Positions 13,860 through 28,461 of a stretch of DNA of 64,000 bases are shown here, piece by piece. Position 1 is the stretch's first letter; the number at the start of each line of letters is the position of its first letter. The stretch comes from Trichosphaerium sp. ATCC 40318 (taxonomy: Eukaryota > Protista > Tubulinea): positions 31,379 to 95,378 of the forward strand of contig JALMLS010000105.1 in NCBI GenBank assembly GCA_038496445.1. Reading direction: 5' to 3'. A program made the position numbers and the translations under genes. The notes under the pieces are model-generated. The model did no database searches, was not told where the DNA came from, and worked only from the letters and a program-made list of their open reading frames with translations.

Positions 13860-14144
13860 TCAAAAACACCCGCGGCGGAGGAATGCATTTCTACTTCCGA
13901 CGGTGTAACTGACGGGCCCTGTGGCTGCCATGTATCTACTAGAGTGATGTGAGGAGGAATTGTGTTTGGTTTTAGCGTACTTTTTCGGGGTGAAGCTTCG
14001 ACTTCGGCTTCTTGTGGCTTTGGCGGTTGGGCTAGAACTTGAGGCATTTTTCTTTTTGGACATAGCGGCAGCTTCTATTATCTTAGTTTTAGAGTAGCTC
14101 CCATCGTGTGTCGACTTTCTTCTGTGCCTTCTCGTTGCTTCCAT
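13860..14144 (-). CDS. Hypothetical small basic protein
   Basis: ATG-initiated 94-aa ORF only; no recognisable domain. Confidence 0.3.
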   Translation of the reverse strand: MEATRRHRRKSTHDGSYSKTKIIEAAAMSKKKNASSSSPTAKATRSRSRSFTPKKYAKTKHNSSSHHSSRYMAATGPVSYTVGSRNAFLRRGCF

Positions 14145-14551
14145 GATGTTTTGTTGTTAAATATGGGCATGTAGTTATCAGTTACCGTAATTGCTGCGCA
14201 GCTTACCGCTCAGTTGTGGCGCAGTTGTGAAGCATTTTATGAGAGGCTTTTTTTTAACACATGGTTGACATGCGTCCGATTACACAGTAATAAGCGTACT
14301 TGCTACAATAAAGCATAAATTACGCAGACATTGCAAGAAGACTGAAGTAAGTAATCTGTTGTTTTGTTACGGCAGGTAATTGAACAAAGCGCCCTTAAGT
14401 CGCATTCTCTTCCCTGAAGATTGTTCGATTCTGCCGTCAAGACTGAACGGTTAACAGCCTTAACCATTTTTCATGAAATTTCTGCGTCTAAGCGAAAGAA
14501 TTTCACTTCAGCAAACAGAAAGCACCCTTTCCGTACATACGCTAAACAACA

Positions 14552-16016
14552 ATGGTAGTAATTAAAGCAAAGCTCGGCTCTGAGCTTCGGCGCTTTACTC
14601 TCCCGAACAGCTCTAATTTTGAGCATTTGCGCGGTTTCCTCATCCAGCTCTTCTCTCTCACTACTGAGTTTATAATAAAGGTACGTTAGCTGCAAACACG
14701 AAACACAAAAAACTTATTTTTTTTTAGTACAAGGATGATGAGGGCGATACAGTAATGATAGGAACAGACGATGAACTAGAGGAGGCTGTTCGCGTCTCGC
14801 AAGGATTAAAACCTGCAATTCTACGTTTGTCGATAGAACGGACGAACCAACCCCTCGTGATGCCTACACAGCCATCGGTGGCCCAAAAACCAGAGCCCAT
14901 TCAGCCGCGGCAGCAAATTTCCGAAAAGGCGCCAGCTCAGCAAAGCAGCTTCAATTCAGCTTACGATTTTATCTCCCGCGTACGTTCCCACTTCGCGGAT
15001 TCACCATTAAAATACCACACTTTCTTGCGCACTCTACAAAGCTACCGCACCAAGAAGTACGTCATTTAACCATATAATCGTTTTATTAACGCGCGTAGAA
15101 TGAGCTTGGATCAAGTTCACGCTCGGATTAGCGGACTCTTCTCTGACAATGCAGAGCTCCTTGAAGGTACGCTATTAAAGCAATAAAAACAAAACTAACC
15201 ACCGCCTGTTTCTAGGATTTAAAACGTTCTTGCCACCAGGGTTCAAGGCTAAACCGCTACCTAACCGCAATTCAGGACCTTCAAAGAAACAAATGAGCCC
15301 AACACAGCTTCCTTCTGCTGCTCAATTGTCTTTCAGCATCCCAAAACTACATGCGACTCAATTGCCTTCGTTATCGTTAGTTATGCCTCAACAATCACCT
15401 TCACCAGTTGTCGACCCAAAACCAGTCCAACCAGCTTGGAATCCAGCTCCTCAAGCGAACGCACAACCAAAACGTGTTGCTATCCCTCAATCACTTGGCA
15501 GGCTCGCCTCCCTTTGCGCTGAATGCGGTGAGATTTCAAACAAATTGAACCAAGAACTAGCCAATTTGTCAATGTCTAGTGCTCTTATGAGCAAACAAAT
15601 GTGCGATCAAACAACCGCACTCACAGGTGATGTAATGCAAGAGTCAATGCTTAAATCACAAATCCGTACGTAGAGCCTGTCGCAACTTTTTTTCCATTTT
15701 TTTTTTCCTTGACTGATTGGTTTTTTTAGCGGACCAAGCCAATGAGCCTAATGAGTCTGCACTACAAAACCTTCATACCACAACATCTGACTTGACATTA
15801 TCTGTACAACAAGACCTTCACACAACACTACAAGCTCAAATGTTGGCTATCAATGAGGAGTCTAAAAAAGTCCAAGAAAGCCAACGTAATTTGGAGAACC
15901 AATGTCAAGAATTGTTCGAAAAGACCCTTCGTATGTGCTCTGACTTTTCTAAGAGTATCGCACAAACTACAGAACAAGTACACGATAAGACCGTTGGGGA
16001 CATCCGCAACATGTAA
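14552..16016 (+). CDS. PB1 + PAH (Sin3-type paired amphipathic helix) domain protein with C-terminal helical region
   Basis: MVVIKAKLGSELRRF...YKDDEGDTVMIGTDDELEEA (PB1 with Lys and OPCA motif); FNSAYDFISRVRSHFADSPLKYHTFLRTLQSY...FKTFLPPG (PAH). Confidence 0.8.
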
Positions 16017-16219
16017 TAACACTGTTAAATAGAAATAAACACCCTCTGTAACCCTTCTACATATCAATCAAACAAAGTCTCAGTTCAACTCGTGTTACCT
16101 CCTTATTTTAAACCACACAGCCGTGATGTAACTAAAGCGTTATTGGTATATTGTATTTAGCAATGTGGTGCGTTTGAAGTGATTTGAGAGTTTAGATTTG
16201 CCCAAAACAAAAAACACAA

Positions 16220-16421
16220 AAAAGAGGATATTATATGGCCACATACTCAATACGTTCTTATGCCTCACAGCCGTACAGTCCCTCCCTAGAATCGAAGGAT
16301 GCCGGGCGCTGCTCGCACAAGTCGGATTCACTCTTATGTGCCTCTACTATCAGTCTAACTTCTGCAAATGTCTAGGATATAGGTATAGCTATCCTGATAG
16401 TAGACGGAATCCATAAGTTTT
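16220..16421 (-). ncRNA. Candidate structured non-coding RNA, family unidentified
   Basis: Two long hairpins with G-U pairs on the minus strand, TATAAAAG ~30 nt upstream, T6 run downstream, located in an intergenic gap. Confidence 0.45.
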
Positions 16422-17108
16422 TTATGTGTCCCACCGTCGTATCACACTTTTATAGTGTGTTCCTTTTCATTATTGGAATAAATACTTATCGATTAAGTAC
16501 AACTACTTACAACCAAAAAAATAAATTGTGGTTACCCAATATACTCTGTACACGTGCGTAGGAGCTACAGAGCATGTTGTAATGTTTGTGAGTGAAAGAC
16601 AAATATAAAAATCAATCATGTGATCAAACTTTTTACTGTTCTCGTCGAAAGCCAGTTTAAAATACATCAGAGTGGTTATTTTCTGATTCAATACGGTATT
16701 TTAACTCTATTTCTTCAGTTGTAAATGATTGATTAATCAAACGAAATAATTTTTGGTTTGGTTTTTCTGAGTCAAAAAAAAAGTGAATCAAATTCAATTT
16801 TATTGAGCTTGTGAAGTGTTCGGAATTGTAATAATTTTTCTCCTTTTGGGTTTGTCCTCCCTCACAGCTCTGGTTACAAATCATGCAGACTGAAGTAGTC
16901 CTTCAATCTCAAGAGGAGACTGCCATTGACTAGTCGTTTTCCCGAATTCCGATTTCCGTTTTTGCTTTCTCAGAAAATGCATTTTAACAATTTGGTGGCG
17001 TATTCGATAATCCCACGGTTATAAAAAATGTATGGAAGATGTTAGATTATTTTTTGGTTAAGGCTTGGCGCCGAAATTTGATTAGCATTTTTCCATCAAC
17101 AAACTCAA

Positions 17109-18238
17109 ATGTCCGCAACTGTTACCTTATTAAAAAGCGGTCCAGACGGAGGACCAAACATGGTGGAGCTTTTTAGAGAAATGAAGTTAGAAAAGGTACA
17201 GCATAATGAAACTTTGAAAAAAAGAGCCGCTTTTTGGCTAATGCAGAGCAGGATCCAAGACTTTCAGGCTACAAACGCACCTTCAATCCAAAATTAGTTG
17301 GTACAACCATAAAATTTCCTTTTAAAACCAACTAACGGTTCCTACTATAGCTGCAGTCAATAAGAACGATACTGATAATGTGTACTTTGTCGTAAAGGTT
17401 AGTAAAGACCCTAATACAATTTTACGCTAAAAAATACCTAGCAAACAAAACCACGCGTGTCATTAGACCTGTTGATGGTAAATAGTCTTGGTTTCAAGTT
17501 CACAAAATTCAAGCTGTCATATAGCAAAGCAGAAAAGTACGAGAAGATATATACGTTGTTCAAGGTGCGATTTATATGCTTGTTTCGTACAATTGCAGAA
17601 ATATTTCTTGATGAAATGAACCACATAAAAAAAAACTTTTTGATTAATTTTTATTACTCAGAATGAACCATTTTTCTTGTTTGATGGAATAGATAAACTA
17701 TCGTTTAATAAACTCGGAAAAAAGCGACCTTGTTGCTCGTTTTGCATACAGATGGCTGGCCCTTTGCTTCTAGCACGGAGTCTACGCCAAAGTCCTACTG
17801 GACGTGCTAATAGGCGGTATACAGTCGCTGCAGCAAGTACGTATTTTTATCAAGTTTACGAGGTTATTAAACGAAGCGCTAGATGACGAACACATTGAAG
17901 AAGCAAAAAGATTTTCATTCACATTTTATTCCAATGACACTGTACGTCCTATTGACAAACGCACGTGTTTTATTCAAATCATTTACTAGGGACAAGCGTT
18001 TAAATCACTAATGGAGCTACGAAATAGAACTCTAGGAGATGAAGATAGCTATTTTGAAGTTCATTCAGTGTCATCATCTGAAAGGAAAAAAAAGAAAAAA
18101 AGTAAAAGAAAATCAAAAAGAAGGAGACGCAGTAACAAAGCAAAGATATCAAAGTCTACTATTCTTGGTCTATCTGGAAGCGAATGTTTTGATACATTCA
18201 CAAATGATAATTACTTTGATACTGCAATGTCGGAGTAG
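17109..18238 (+). CDS. Hypothetical multi-exon protein with basic C-terminal cluster
   Basis: ATG ORF followed by exon-like segments with GT-AG junctions; ends in a KKKKKSKRKSKRRRR-containing exon. No family recognised. Confidence 0.45.
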
Positions 18239-18301
18239 CACGTGTAAAACAAAACAACAAATGTAACGTATAAATTTATATTGAAAATATCCTATTGTTG
18301 T

Positions 18302-18766
18302 TTAAGTACTGCTTATACTAAAAACGCTTGGATTACGATGCCAAGAAGCCAAAATCTTCAGTACAATTGTATTAGATCCAGAACCATCATTCAGCAATGT
18401 ACTGATTCGTTGAATATAGCAAAGTGTTAAGGTTTGCAATGACTCAACTTTTGTTGCAAACGATACCATTGGCGGCAAAAAAGCGACATTTGTGCTAGCA
18501 AATTGTTGGATTTGATAGCGGCCAAGGTGCGTAGTACCATAAGTAAGTGATATCAGTACGTTCTGGTGTTCGTTGGCAGTAGCGAAAAAAAAACAGAAAT
18601 CAAGTGTTTGTTGTAGGAAATCACGTGAAGGTGATATTGTCCTTCGCAATACAAAATCAAAAGCTCCATCACCGTACACCAGTATTAATGAATACGCCAA
18701 TTGGGACAGTGTATAGAATATTGCCGGAAGGGCATTAGTTGCTACGTATTTGCTCATTTTGTGCAA
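18302..18766 (-). CDS. Hypothetical protein
   Basis: 154-aa ORF only. Confidence 0.25.
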   Translation of the reverse strand: MHKMSKYVATNALPAIFYTLSQLAYSLILVYGDGAFDFVLRRTISPSRDFLQQTLDFCFFFATANEHQNVLISLTYGTTHLGRYQIQQFASTNVAFLPPMVSFATKVESLQTLTLCYIQRISTLLNDGSGSNTIVLKILASWHRNPSVFSISST

Positions 18767-18919
18767 TTGTTTAAATTGTGTTTCAGTAAGTGGTGCGCCT
18801 TGGTAATTGTAAGCCCTGAGGACGACGTGATTGTCTATTCTAAGGCAATCAAACTTAAGTGGTTCTAGCCTAATCTGGTCATTTTATGGAACAACGAGTT
18901 GAGCAATGAACTTTTCGTT

Positions 18920-21175
18920 ATGAGCGAAAAGAGCTCTCGCGAGCCTGATGAGAAGGTACTACAAAAAAGAAAACAAACTGTTTATGTATTTGTTTACTTA
19001 CTTTAAAACTACTATAGCTATTAGCGAGTTATCCATTCTCTCGCGTTAATAACGATAACGTTAAAGTTGGCGTTCTAACAAAAAAAGGAGCTGTACGGAG
19101 GTAAGACTACATTAAGACACTCAAATAATAATCTAAAAACTGCAACCTGCCTTTTAAAACAAATTTATACGCTTCGTTCAAATTGAGCGCATAAAAGCGC
19201 TCCAATTAACGTTTATCGCCACTACCCTAATAAACCGCGTTAGAAACTGGAAACAAAGGTTATTCGTGCTACACTATGAATATCTATTGTACTACAAGCC
19301 AATTGGAACATCAAATCGAACGGTTCGCTAGTTTTACGGCTAAAAATTGCGTTTTACTCAAATCAAGCTTGACGTTAAATTTAAATTCGTCTTCTTATCG
19401 TCTTGTACTGTAGCAAAGCGATAAAGCTGATTTACCACTTGGAATGATACCTCTTCGAGAAGTACAAAATATTGGCATTTCTAAGCCAACCAATAAGGAC
19501 ACTGACTCTCATATATCCCTTACACTACGATACGGTACGCTATTTAATACCACATTTTGTGAAAAATGGAAATACAAAAAAAAAAAAAGTGGCAATTGCA
19601 AAAAATTGATGATTTTGAAAAGACTGTCTCCTTTCTTTGACCATTTATGATCCTCATCAAATTTTTTATTTAGGAAGGGTATTCTTAATGCAATCTAAAG
19701 ACAATGAAGAGTTAGTATCATGGTTGAGCGCCCTAAAGACGCAGTCTACTCATGTCCAAGCTGCTTTAAAGTTCTTCGATTCTCAAGAGGAGTTTTCACA
19801 GCCACAACAAACACTTGATACATTAATCTCATTGTATCCCATGTCGACAGCCTTACTCGTTACTGATAAGTACCCAGATGATCCACTAACGTGGTTGAAA
19901 CATATAATATCAATGACACGTGGTACGACTAGTCAAGACCGCTCGAACAACAATTTTTTTCCCAATCTAATCTTTGTTTTATAGATTGGCTTCACCATAA
20001 GACTTTTTTGAAACACGTCAAGTATATATCGGCGTATTATACCTTAGATCCTTTACAAAGGTCTTGGATAAACTGGTTCTTAAAACCTTTCAATTCTCGT
20101 ATGACAAACGCCAGGGTACGCATGAGAACAACCATCACCTTTTTTTCTCTTTTTTTTTCTTCTTGTTCATTTTGGGTGATTGATTGTTTTCTTCTAGTCC
20201 TGTATTGCACAGTTGTATAACTGTCACTTGGCACATTTCCCTGTAATAGCAGAATCTCTTAGACGTCCTCCTAAAGGAGGACATATCCATGTAGATATAG
20301 GTATGCTTGAACAATGCAGCGCTGATGATATTAAGAAAAATTATAAAACGTGTCAAAAAATGGTGGCACTGTCATGGACATACACTACTGCCTTGACTCT
20401 ACTTCAAGATATTTATGAGACAAGATTAGTATCAGTAGATACTACACCACTTATGTGGCATAACGATGTATCAGCATTACAACAAATCGCAACAAAGAAA
20501 AATGTTGTTTTGCCTCAAGATATTACAATGTTTGATAATGAAATTATTGACGTTTTCGAACAAGAACAGCTTGTACACAAACCGAAAAAACAAAAGTCAA
20601 CATTAAAGGTACGCTCACATATAGTATATAGTTTAAATCGGCCATTGATTGATAAATATTTGTTGTAGAAGATAAGATCGTTGTCTATAATCAAGAAAAA
20701 GATAAAAAAAGGCAGCGCTCCGGTCAGCCCTAGTCGTCGTAAACAGGAGAAGACGGAATGCGTCATTCGCCTTCCTGATCCTAGTAGCAGGTTTCCTGAA
20801 CTTGCTAGACTTGTTAGCCCTGGTTCAGAGTCCTCGTTTGGGAGTAGTCCAAACTCTCCCAGCTCTTTTGGATCACCAGGTCTACAGCGTACATCGAGAA
20901 GGGAGTCAAATGCCAGTACTGCCAGTCCTAGGGATCATATGCTAGCCATGACGCTTGATGAATTCGATACAATGGTATCACGTGATCTAGAGGCACTTTT
21001 GAGCGGTACCAGTACACCAAGACCGTTCCAGCGTAGAACAATAGGAGAGGTGGGAAGAAGCGAGTCTGAGTTTATGCTGAGGACTGTAAATGCCACACTT
21101 GGCCATTTGTTTGAAGATACTGAATCTCCTTCTTCAACTAAAACGATTAAATCAGCTACATCGGTTGAAACTTAG
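18920..21175 (+). CDS. PH-domain protein with Ser-rich C-terminus
   Basis: Spliced KVGVLTKKGAVRRNWKQRLFVL...LLYYKP...PLGMIPL...RVFLMQSKDNEELVSWLSAL is a PH consensus. Confidence 0.8.
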
Positions 21176-21379
21176 TAATAAGCTTTGATCTGAGTGTTTG
21201 AGGCGAAAGGAGCAAACAAACCTGTATTTTTAATATTAAAAGTTACCAACAAAAAAAACTGCATTGTTCACTTAGTTGTTTTACAAACATTGTTACAAGA
21301 CATGTCCATGTTGTTGCTAGTAATCAAAAATTTTTACTAAGGCTCTTTTATTGTAAATTCAAGAAACGGGTCAGTGTTG

Positions 21380-22454
21380 TTATTCATCAATTTTCTTGAT
21401 TATCATGGCTGCTAATAGAATAAAGGTTTCATTAACTACAAATCAAGTTAGCCGGTTTTCTACATGCTATGTCATTACCATTGATTGCATCTTTTGATGA
21501 AATTTCAATGAACTCCATCCCAAACTTATTAGCAAATGCCTAAAGTCATTAACACTACAAAACAAACTAGGGTCGTTAAATTGCATACCTGTGCAATATC
21601 AGTATCAACAGCACGTTCTTCAATGAGATCACTCTTTGTTCCAACAAGTATTTTGTGTACATTCTCTAGTGCATATCTTTCAATCTCTTGAAGCCATTTT
21701 ACTATATTAAGAAATGTCTCTTGGTCTGTAGTGTCATACATCACCAAAAAACCATGGCAAACCCTATAGGTGCGGTAACTACCACCAGTGTATCGGAATC
21801 TCTGTTGAGCTTGAAACAAAACTTAAAAAAAAAAGCTTCAACACAGGCGCACCACAAGTATCCCATATTTGTAACTTAACAGTTTTATCATACGCTTGTA
21901 TGGTCTTCACTTTCTACATAATTGGATATATTAAAAACGCGAATCCTTATTTGTTATAAGGTCAAAGAAAAAGCAAAAGTAAAAGGTCAAAGGAGCATGC
22001 TCATGTTTTTTAAATTGTAGTTTTGATGTATTGAATTATCACGTGTATTGTGGACATAAAATCAAAGTGACGTACAAAGTCAATACCAATTGTGGAGCTG
22101 AATGAATCTGTGAATGTATCATCAACAAATCTAAGTATAGTACAACTTTTTCCAACACCAGAATCTCCAATTAGTTTTATTTTAAGTAGATAATCACTAA
22201 AAACTCATATCAGGAACTGGAATAAGCCCATAGAAATGTACTAGTCTGGTGGAGGGCTATATGTAGCCTCTGAGCCTAATACAATGGTGTCAGCGTCACT
22301 TTACAAGTACAAACCATAAAACAGCTTAACAGTAGTTGCAAAGGTTGTGGAGCTCTTTTGTAGAGTTTAGGGCAAAAATATTACAGGAAATCAATTTTTA
22401 ACAGTCGCCACCTTTTGGTTTGCTGTTACTCCTTTTACTGCTTTTACCACCCAT
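21380..22454 (-). CDS. Atypical Rab-family small GTPase (Rab1/Rab8-like core)
   Basis: [54 protein letters not shown]. Confidence 0.85.
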
Positions 22455-23111
22455 TCTAGTCCTTGTTGTTATAACCGTCAAGGAACCAAAACATGCCTTA
22501 ACAGGTACAGATAAAGACAGCCGTGTGTTAGTAAACCTTGGCTATAAAAATCAGATGCACAATCTACTTCTTTAGTAAGCCATGTTACAAAGCAGTGCTA
22601 TAAGAATGATACCAGTGAAAAGGCGCTGCGTTGCCATTTTTGACTAATTAAGAACTACTAGCGTTACTTTTAGCAAACTACTTTTTTTGTACTGTACAGC
22701 TGTTGAGCATAGATAGCTACGTGGATATCCATGAAACTGACTACAGACTGCATAGAGCACCACTTACTTTTAACCTAACTTTCATCAAAGTACAAACAAC
22801 AGCGGAGTAATTGTACGAGATTTGATGCATATTGGCCGCCCTCCCAGTAAATGCATCCTCAGTTTAGGATTACAAATTTACTATCAGCACCATTAGTGTA
22901 ATTCTCAGTAAATACTCGTTTCAACTCCAGTGGAGTGGCGCAACGAATTCCATTCATGAATGAAACTAGGCCAAGGTTGTGTTTTAGAAACTACAACGTC
23001 GAGTCGTTTTACGTTTTTGTGGTTACTATGACGAGTACAGTGACGCGTTGTTTAAGTTATACTCCCTTACGTATAAACACGGGCAAATTTCTATTCACAC
23101 AACACTGCAAT

Positions 23112-24798
<1,687 letters not shown>

Positions 24799-24906
24799 AT
24801 AAAGCATAATTTTTAAATGAAAACCAAATGTTGTTGTACTCCATTTCGAACTGTTTTTGATTTTCGGTCACGCTCCTCGAAAGACATCTCCTTTATGTTG
24901 TCGTAA

Positions 24907-26807
24907 CTACGAGAATAAAGACCAGAATGATAACAGAATATTGAGTATCAGCAAGCCAGTTGTTAACATCAATACGGTGGGTACCATCTAGCATCAAAAC
25001 ACGTAAGCAAAATTATAAAAAGAAACTACAATCAACATTTTTTTTATGAATCCGTACCGACTGGTGTCCAGGTAACACTAATGTTACGAATGCTTTTAGG
25101 GCATGTTCTCCATCAAAGTAATACACAGGCGCAGTGTTAATAACGGCAAGTGCACCAGAGAGTGACACCATGAACCACAAAAATCGTGAAAATTGATGAG
25201 GAAACCAGGCCGGAAACAACCACAACCGAGGTACATAGTCACTAGCTACTAGCCCTGTAAAAACTGCATATGGATGCGATAGATATAGTATAGCTTCAGG
25301 CTTTCCTTCAATACGAATGATAGTGATGGATTCTGTTTGATCCGACCCCAAAACAGGCTTGATGCAAACCTCCTCGGATTCAGAGCACAGACTACCGCTA
25401 GAGCATTCGGGTATACTCACATCATGCGATAAGAGCGCTCGTGGGGACATACAGTACGACTTTACTGTAGTAGGAGGTACCCTAAGGGAGATGGAATTTA
25501 GTTTCAAGCGAAACGAAAAATCCAAGTTGTAAAATGAAACAGAATTTTCAAAATGTACCCGACTTCAGTCCAACACAAGTTTTTGCTCTGTTCACTACTT
25601 GTGGCACAACAATCGCCTTCGTTTTTTATATTTTCCTGTTTTATACAGTATCCTGTTTGGCTGAAATCGTTATCATAGAGATTGATAAAAACATCTCTAT
25701 ATTCTTGAACCGAAGTGACGGCTTTACCATTAATATGTGTAATGATATCGCCTGTACTCACAACTTGACCCAACTGAGCATCAGCCACATGTCCTACCAC
25801 GATACTACCTGACTGATAGGCATACATTGGCGACAATAAAAACCTTAAAAGGATCAGTTTAAGTCAAGCCAGATGGCTTTTTAAGAAACCTAAACAACTG
25901 GACGTACGGTAATGAAACAATGAGTCCAAGGCACACTAAGACAAGGACAATATTATGCCATATCCCAGCTGAGAATATACGTAGTTGAGCCCAAGGAGAT
26001 GCCTGGTACAATCCATGAGGCCCATCTGCTCTGATATCTACAAAAGCACCAGGGTATATACAAAATAGCATACCTCCAAAACCTTGAACGTGTACATGAG
26101 AACTAAAGAAATGTATGAGTCATCATTGTGGTCTACGCGCTTTTTTCAATGAATCCTTCACAAACGCGTACACAACAGCTGCAATACCATGGCCAAACTC
26201 ATGAAACACGGCTGCTATTACAAGTGTCAATAAGAATACCGGAATGTCAGACCAAGGCAGGTTCACGCCAGGCACCTATCCAATGATTAATCATCGTTGT
26301 TTTGCAAGCACGTACGAGTGGTGTCAGTACTTCTGTAGCCTTCTGTTCTGTCGCTGCTCGAAAAAATATGTTGCCAGCCACGGTAACAAGGTTATATGCG
26401 AGGATAGCCTCTGCTACTACCATACCTACACTATGAAGAAAAGATTGTAAGTAATGACATGTGGTTATTGACGTACCAACACAGACACGCTCCAACGTCG
26501 AACCAACGACGTAGGAACGCACCAAAACGCCCAAACCAATAAAATGTTGGATTTAAACGCTAATGCCACGTAAGCAGGTCCTAAATACGCTTTAACGTAC
26601 CCGCGTGTACCACTGAATGCGCATAAAATCTATTTTAACTGTTTGTGTTATCAACCAACGGCTGTAAGGCGCAAAGTACGCTATCTACTCCAATATTACA
26701 TATTGTGCGTTTAACCGTCGCACCAATAGCTTATGAACGCTCCAGAATAGCGCCCAAGGTAGTATTAAGTATAAAGCAAGCGCAGAAATGAAAGTAATCG
26801 CGTCCAT
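24907..26807 (-). CDS. MBTPS2: Site-2 protease (M50 intramembrane metalloprotease with PDZ-like region)
   Basis: HEFGH, YPGAFV, AGIWHN, NTAPVYYFDG; multiple TM segments. Confidence 0.9.
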
Positions 26808-26963
26808 GCTGCAAGAGACGTCCAAGTCGTTAAATTGACTGAATTGTTAAGTTGAAAACTCGCATATTTTGGACAGATTTATAGTGGCTCCCTGTACAAC
26901 TATCCGTTCCGGCTGCAGTGAAATACGCATTCAGAATACGTGCGTTATTGTACGAGGCGTCAA

Positions 26964-28025
26964 ATGCTCCGTCACAAAGGCCACGTATCAAGGAAGGTGA
27001 ATTACCACGCCCTTTGCGCGTTGTGGCTTCATCGACTTCCACTAGTAACCTCTATATTGACTCTAGTATGCCTAGCATATATTGCATCTTCTAATAATGA
27101 ACCAGTACGCACAATGCTTATATAGCGGTTGGGACCACGTGTTACCTATTAATTGAGAATATCACGTGCTCTAGACACCTTTCTCCTTAGTATATTTCGT
27201 ATGACGACCAATACACCTATAGGCAGCCAAGATATCGCGCTACCACCGCATTAACCCCGAAAAACAATACATGATGAAGACAATAGTGCTGGACCACGTG
27301 TTAGATAATGATAAAAGAACAGAGGACCTCTCCAACCTTCTATTAAGCTTCCCCAGAGTCAACGCGCTACAAATTGGCGCAAATGATGGCTCTCAAAATA
27401 ATAGCGCGGATCCTCTTCAACATCTCATTTCGAATATCCGGGTGACCGCTGTTTTGGTAGAGCCCGTGCCTTACTTGTACGCAGAACTAAAGACAAAAAT
27501 GTCGAAGTATGGTGCGCGTGTCACTACGATTAAGGCTGCCGTTTGCACCAAAGACGGTAAAGCATCGTTTTATTCAGTTGATAAGACGTACGGTGATAAT
27601 AACCCTCGAATACCTCACTGGAAATCTCGGCAGATAGGGAGTTTGTACAAAACACATCTACAAAACTTTGGCATACCACCAAAGTACATAAAACCAATCA
27701 ACGTAACTTGTATGTCTCCAAAGACTCTCTTGAAAAAAACTTTTCTAGCTGAGGAAGTCGACCTGTTGATGGTAGACGCGGAAGGTACAACCGGCTTTTA
27801 ACTATTTTGGTTGATCATAGTAAAATAGGGTATGATGATAAGATTGTTCAAGGCTTGCTCTTGGTACAACGTTTCAGACCTTGCGTGATTATCTACGAAC
27901 ATCATCACTTGAAAGACAGAGAAGGAACAATTGGTTTCATGAGAGAACTTGGATACTATTCGTGGAGACATAAAACAAACACTTTTGGGCTTTATCTTGG
28001 TAAGAACGTAACACATATATTCTAG
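26964..28025 (+). CDS. FkbM-family (Methyltransf_21) SAM methyltransferase with N-terminal signal anchor
   Basis: LQIGANDG, VLVEP, VDLLMVDAEG-YD, PCVIIYEH. Confidence 0.8.
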
Positions 28026-28461
28026 CCCTTAGCCATTTTAGGAAATTGTTGGCAACGATTCAAGGAATCGTACTAGTGCCTAAAACTAACTGCCATGATC
28101 AATTTTGATGTACTTGTAAACATAGAAGCCTGTCTTAACAATACTTGCTAAAATTTGAAGCAAAACTGACAGTAAGGGGTCATCCCATCACATTTTTTAT
28201 AACTAAGTTAAAGGTCTATTTGTTCTTGTCACGTGATTGCTTAAATCAAGAAACTAGATATGAAACAGCATAAAACGGTGTATTGTGTTTAGCAGAAAAC
28301 AAAGAACAAACGACTCGTGGGTTGGTTTTATGTCTAAAATGTTTTTGGGCGAAATTGAATATTTGACGAGTGAAGTTGATACGTTTCTATGAAAAGTGGT
28401 TGAATTTCTCCAAAAAAAAGTTGAAGAAATTTGATATTTACGCTATTTATTTTAAGCTGCA

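Noticed and set aside
14260-14420. Possible spliced uORF or mini-gene upstream of the PB1 gene
   Set aside because: Only ~28 codons; cannot be distinguished from UTR introns.
16301-16320. GCCGGGCGC resembling the 5' end of metazoan 7SL RNA
   Set aside because: No SRP helix-8 motif, and G-U pairing favours the opposite strand.
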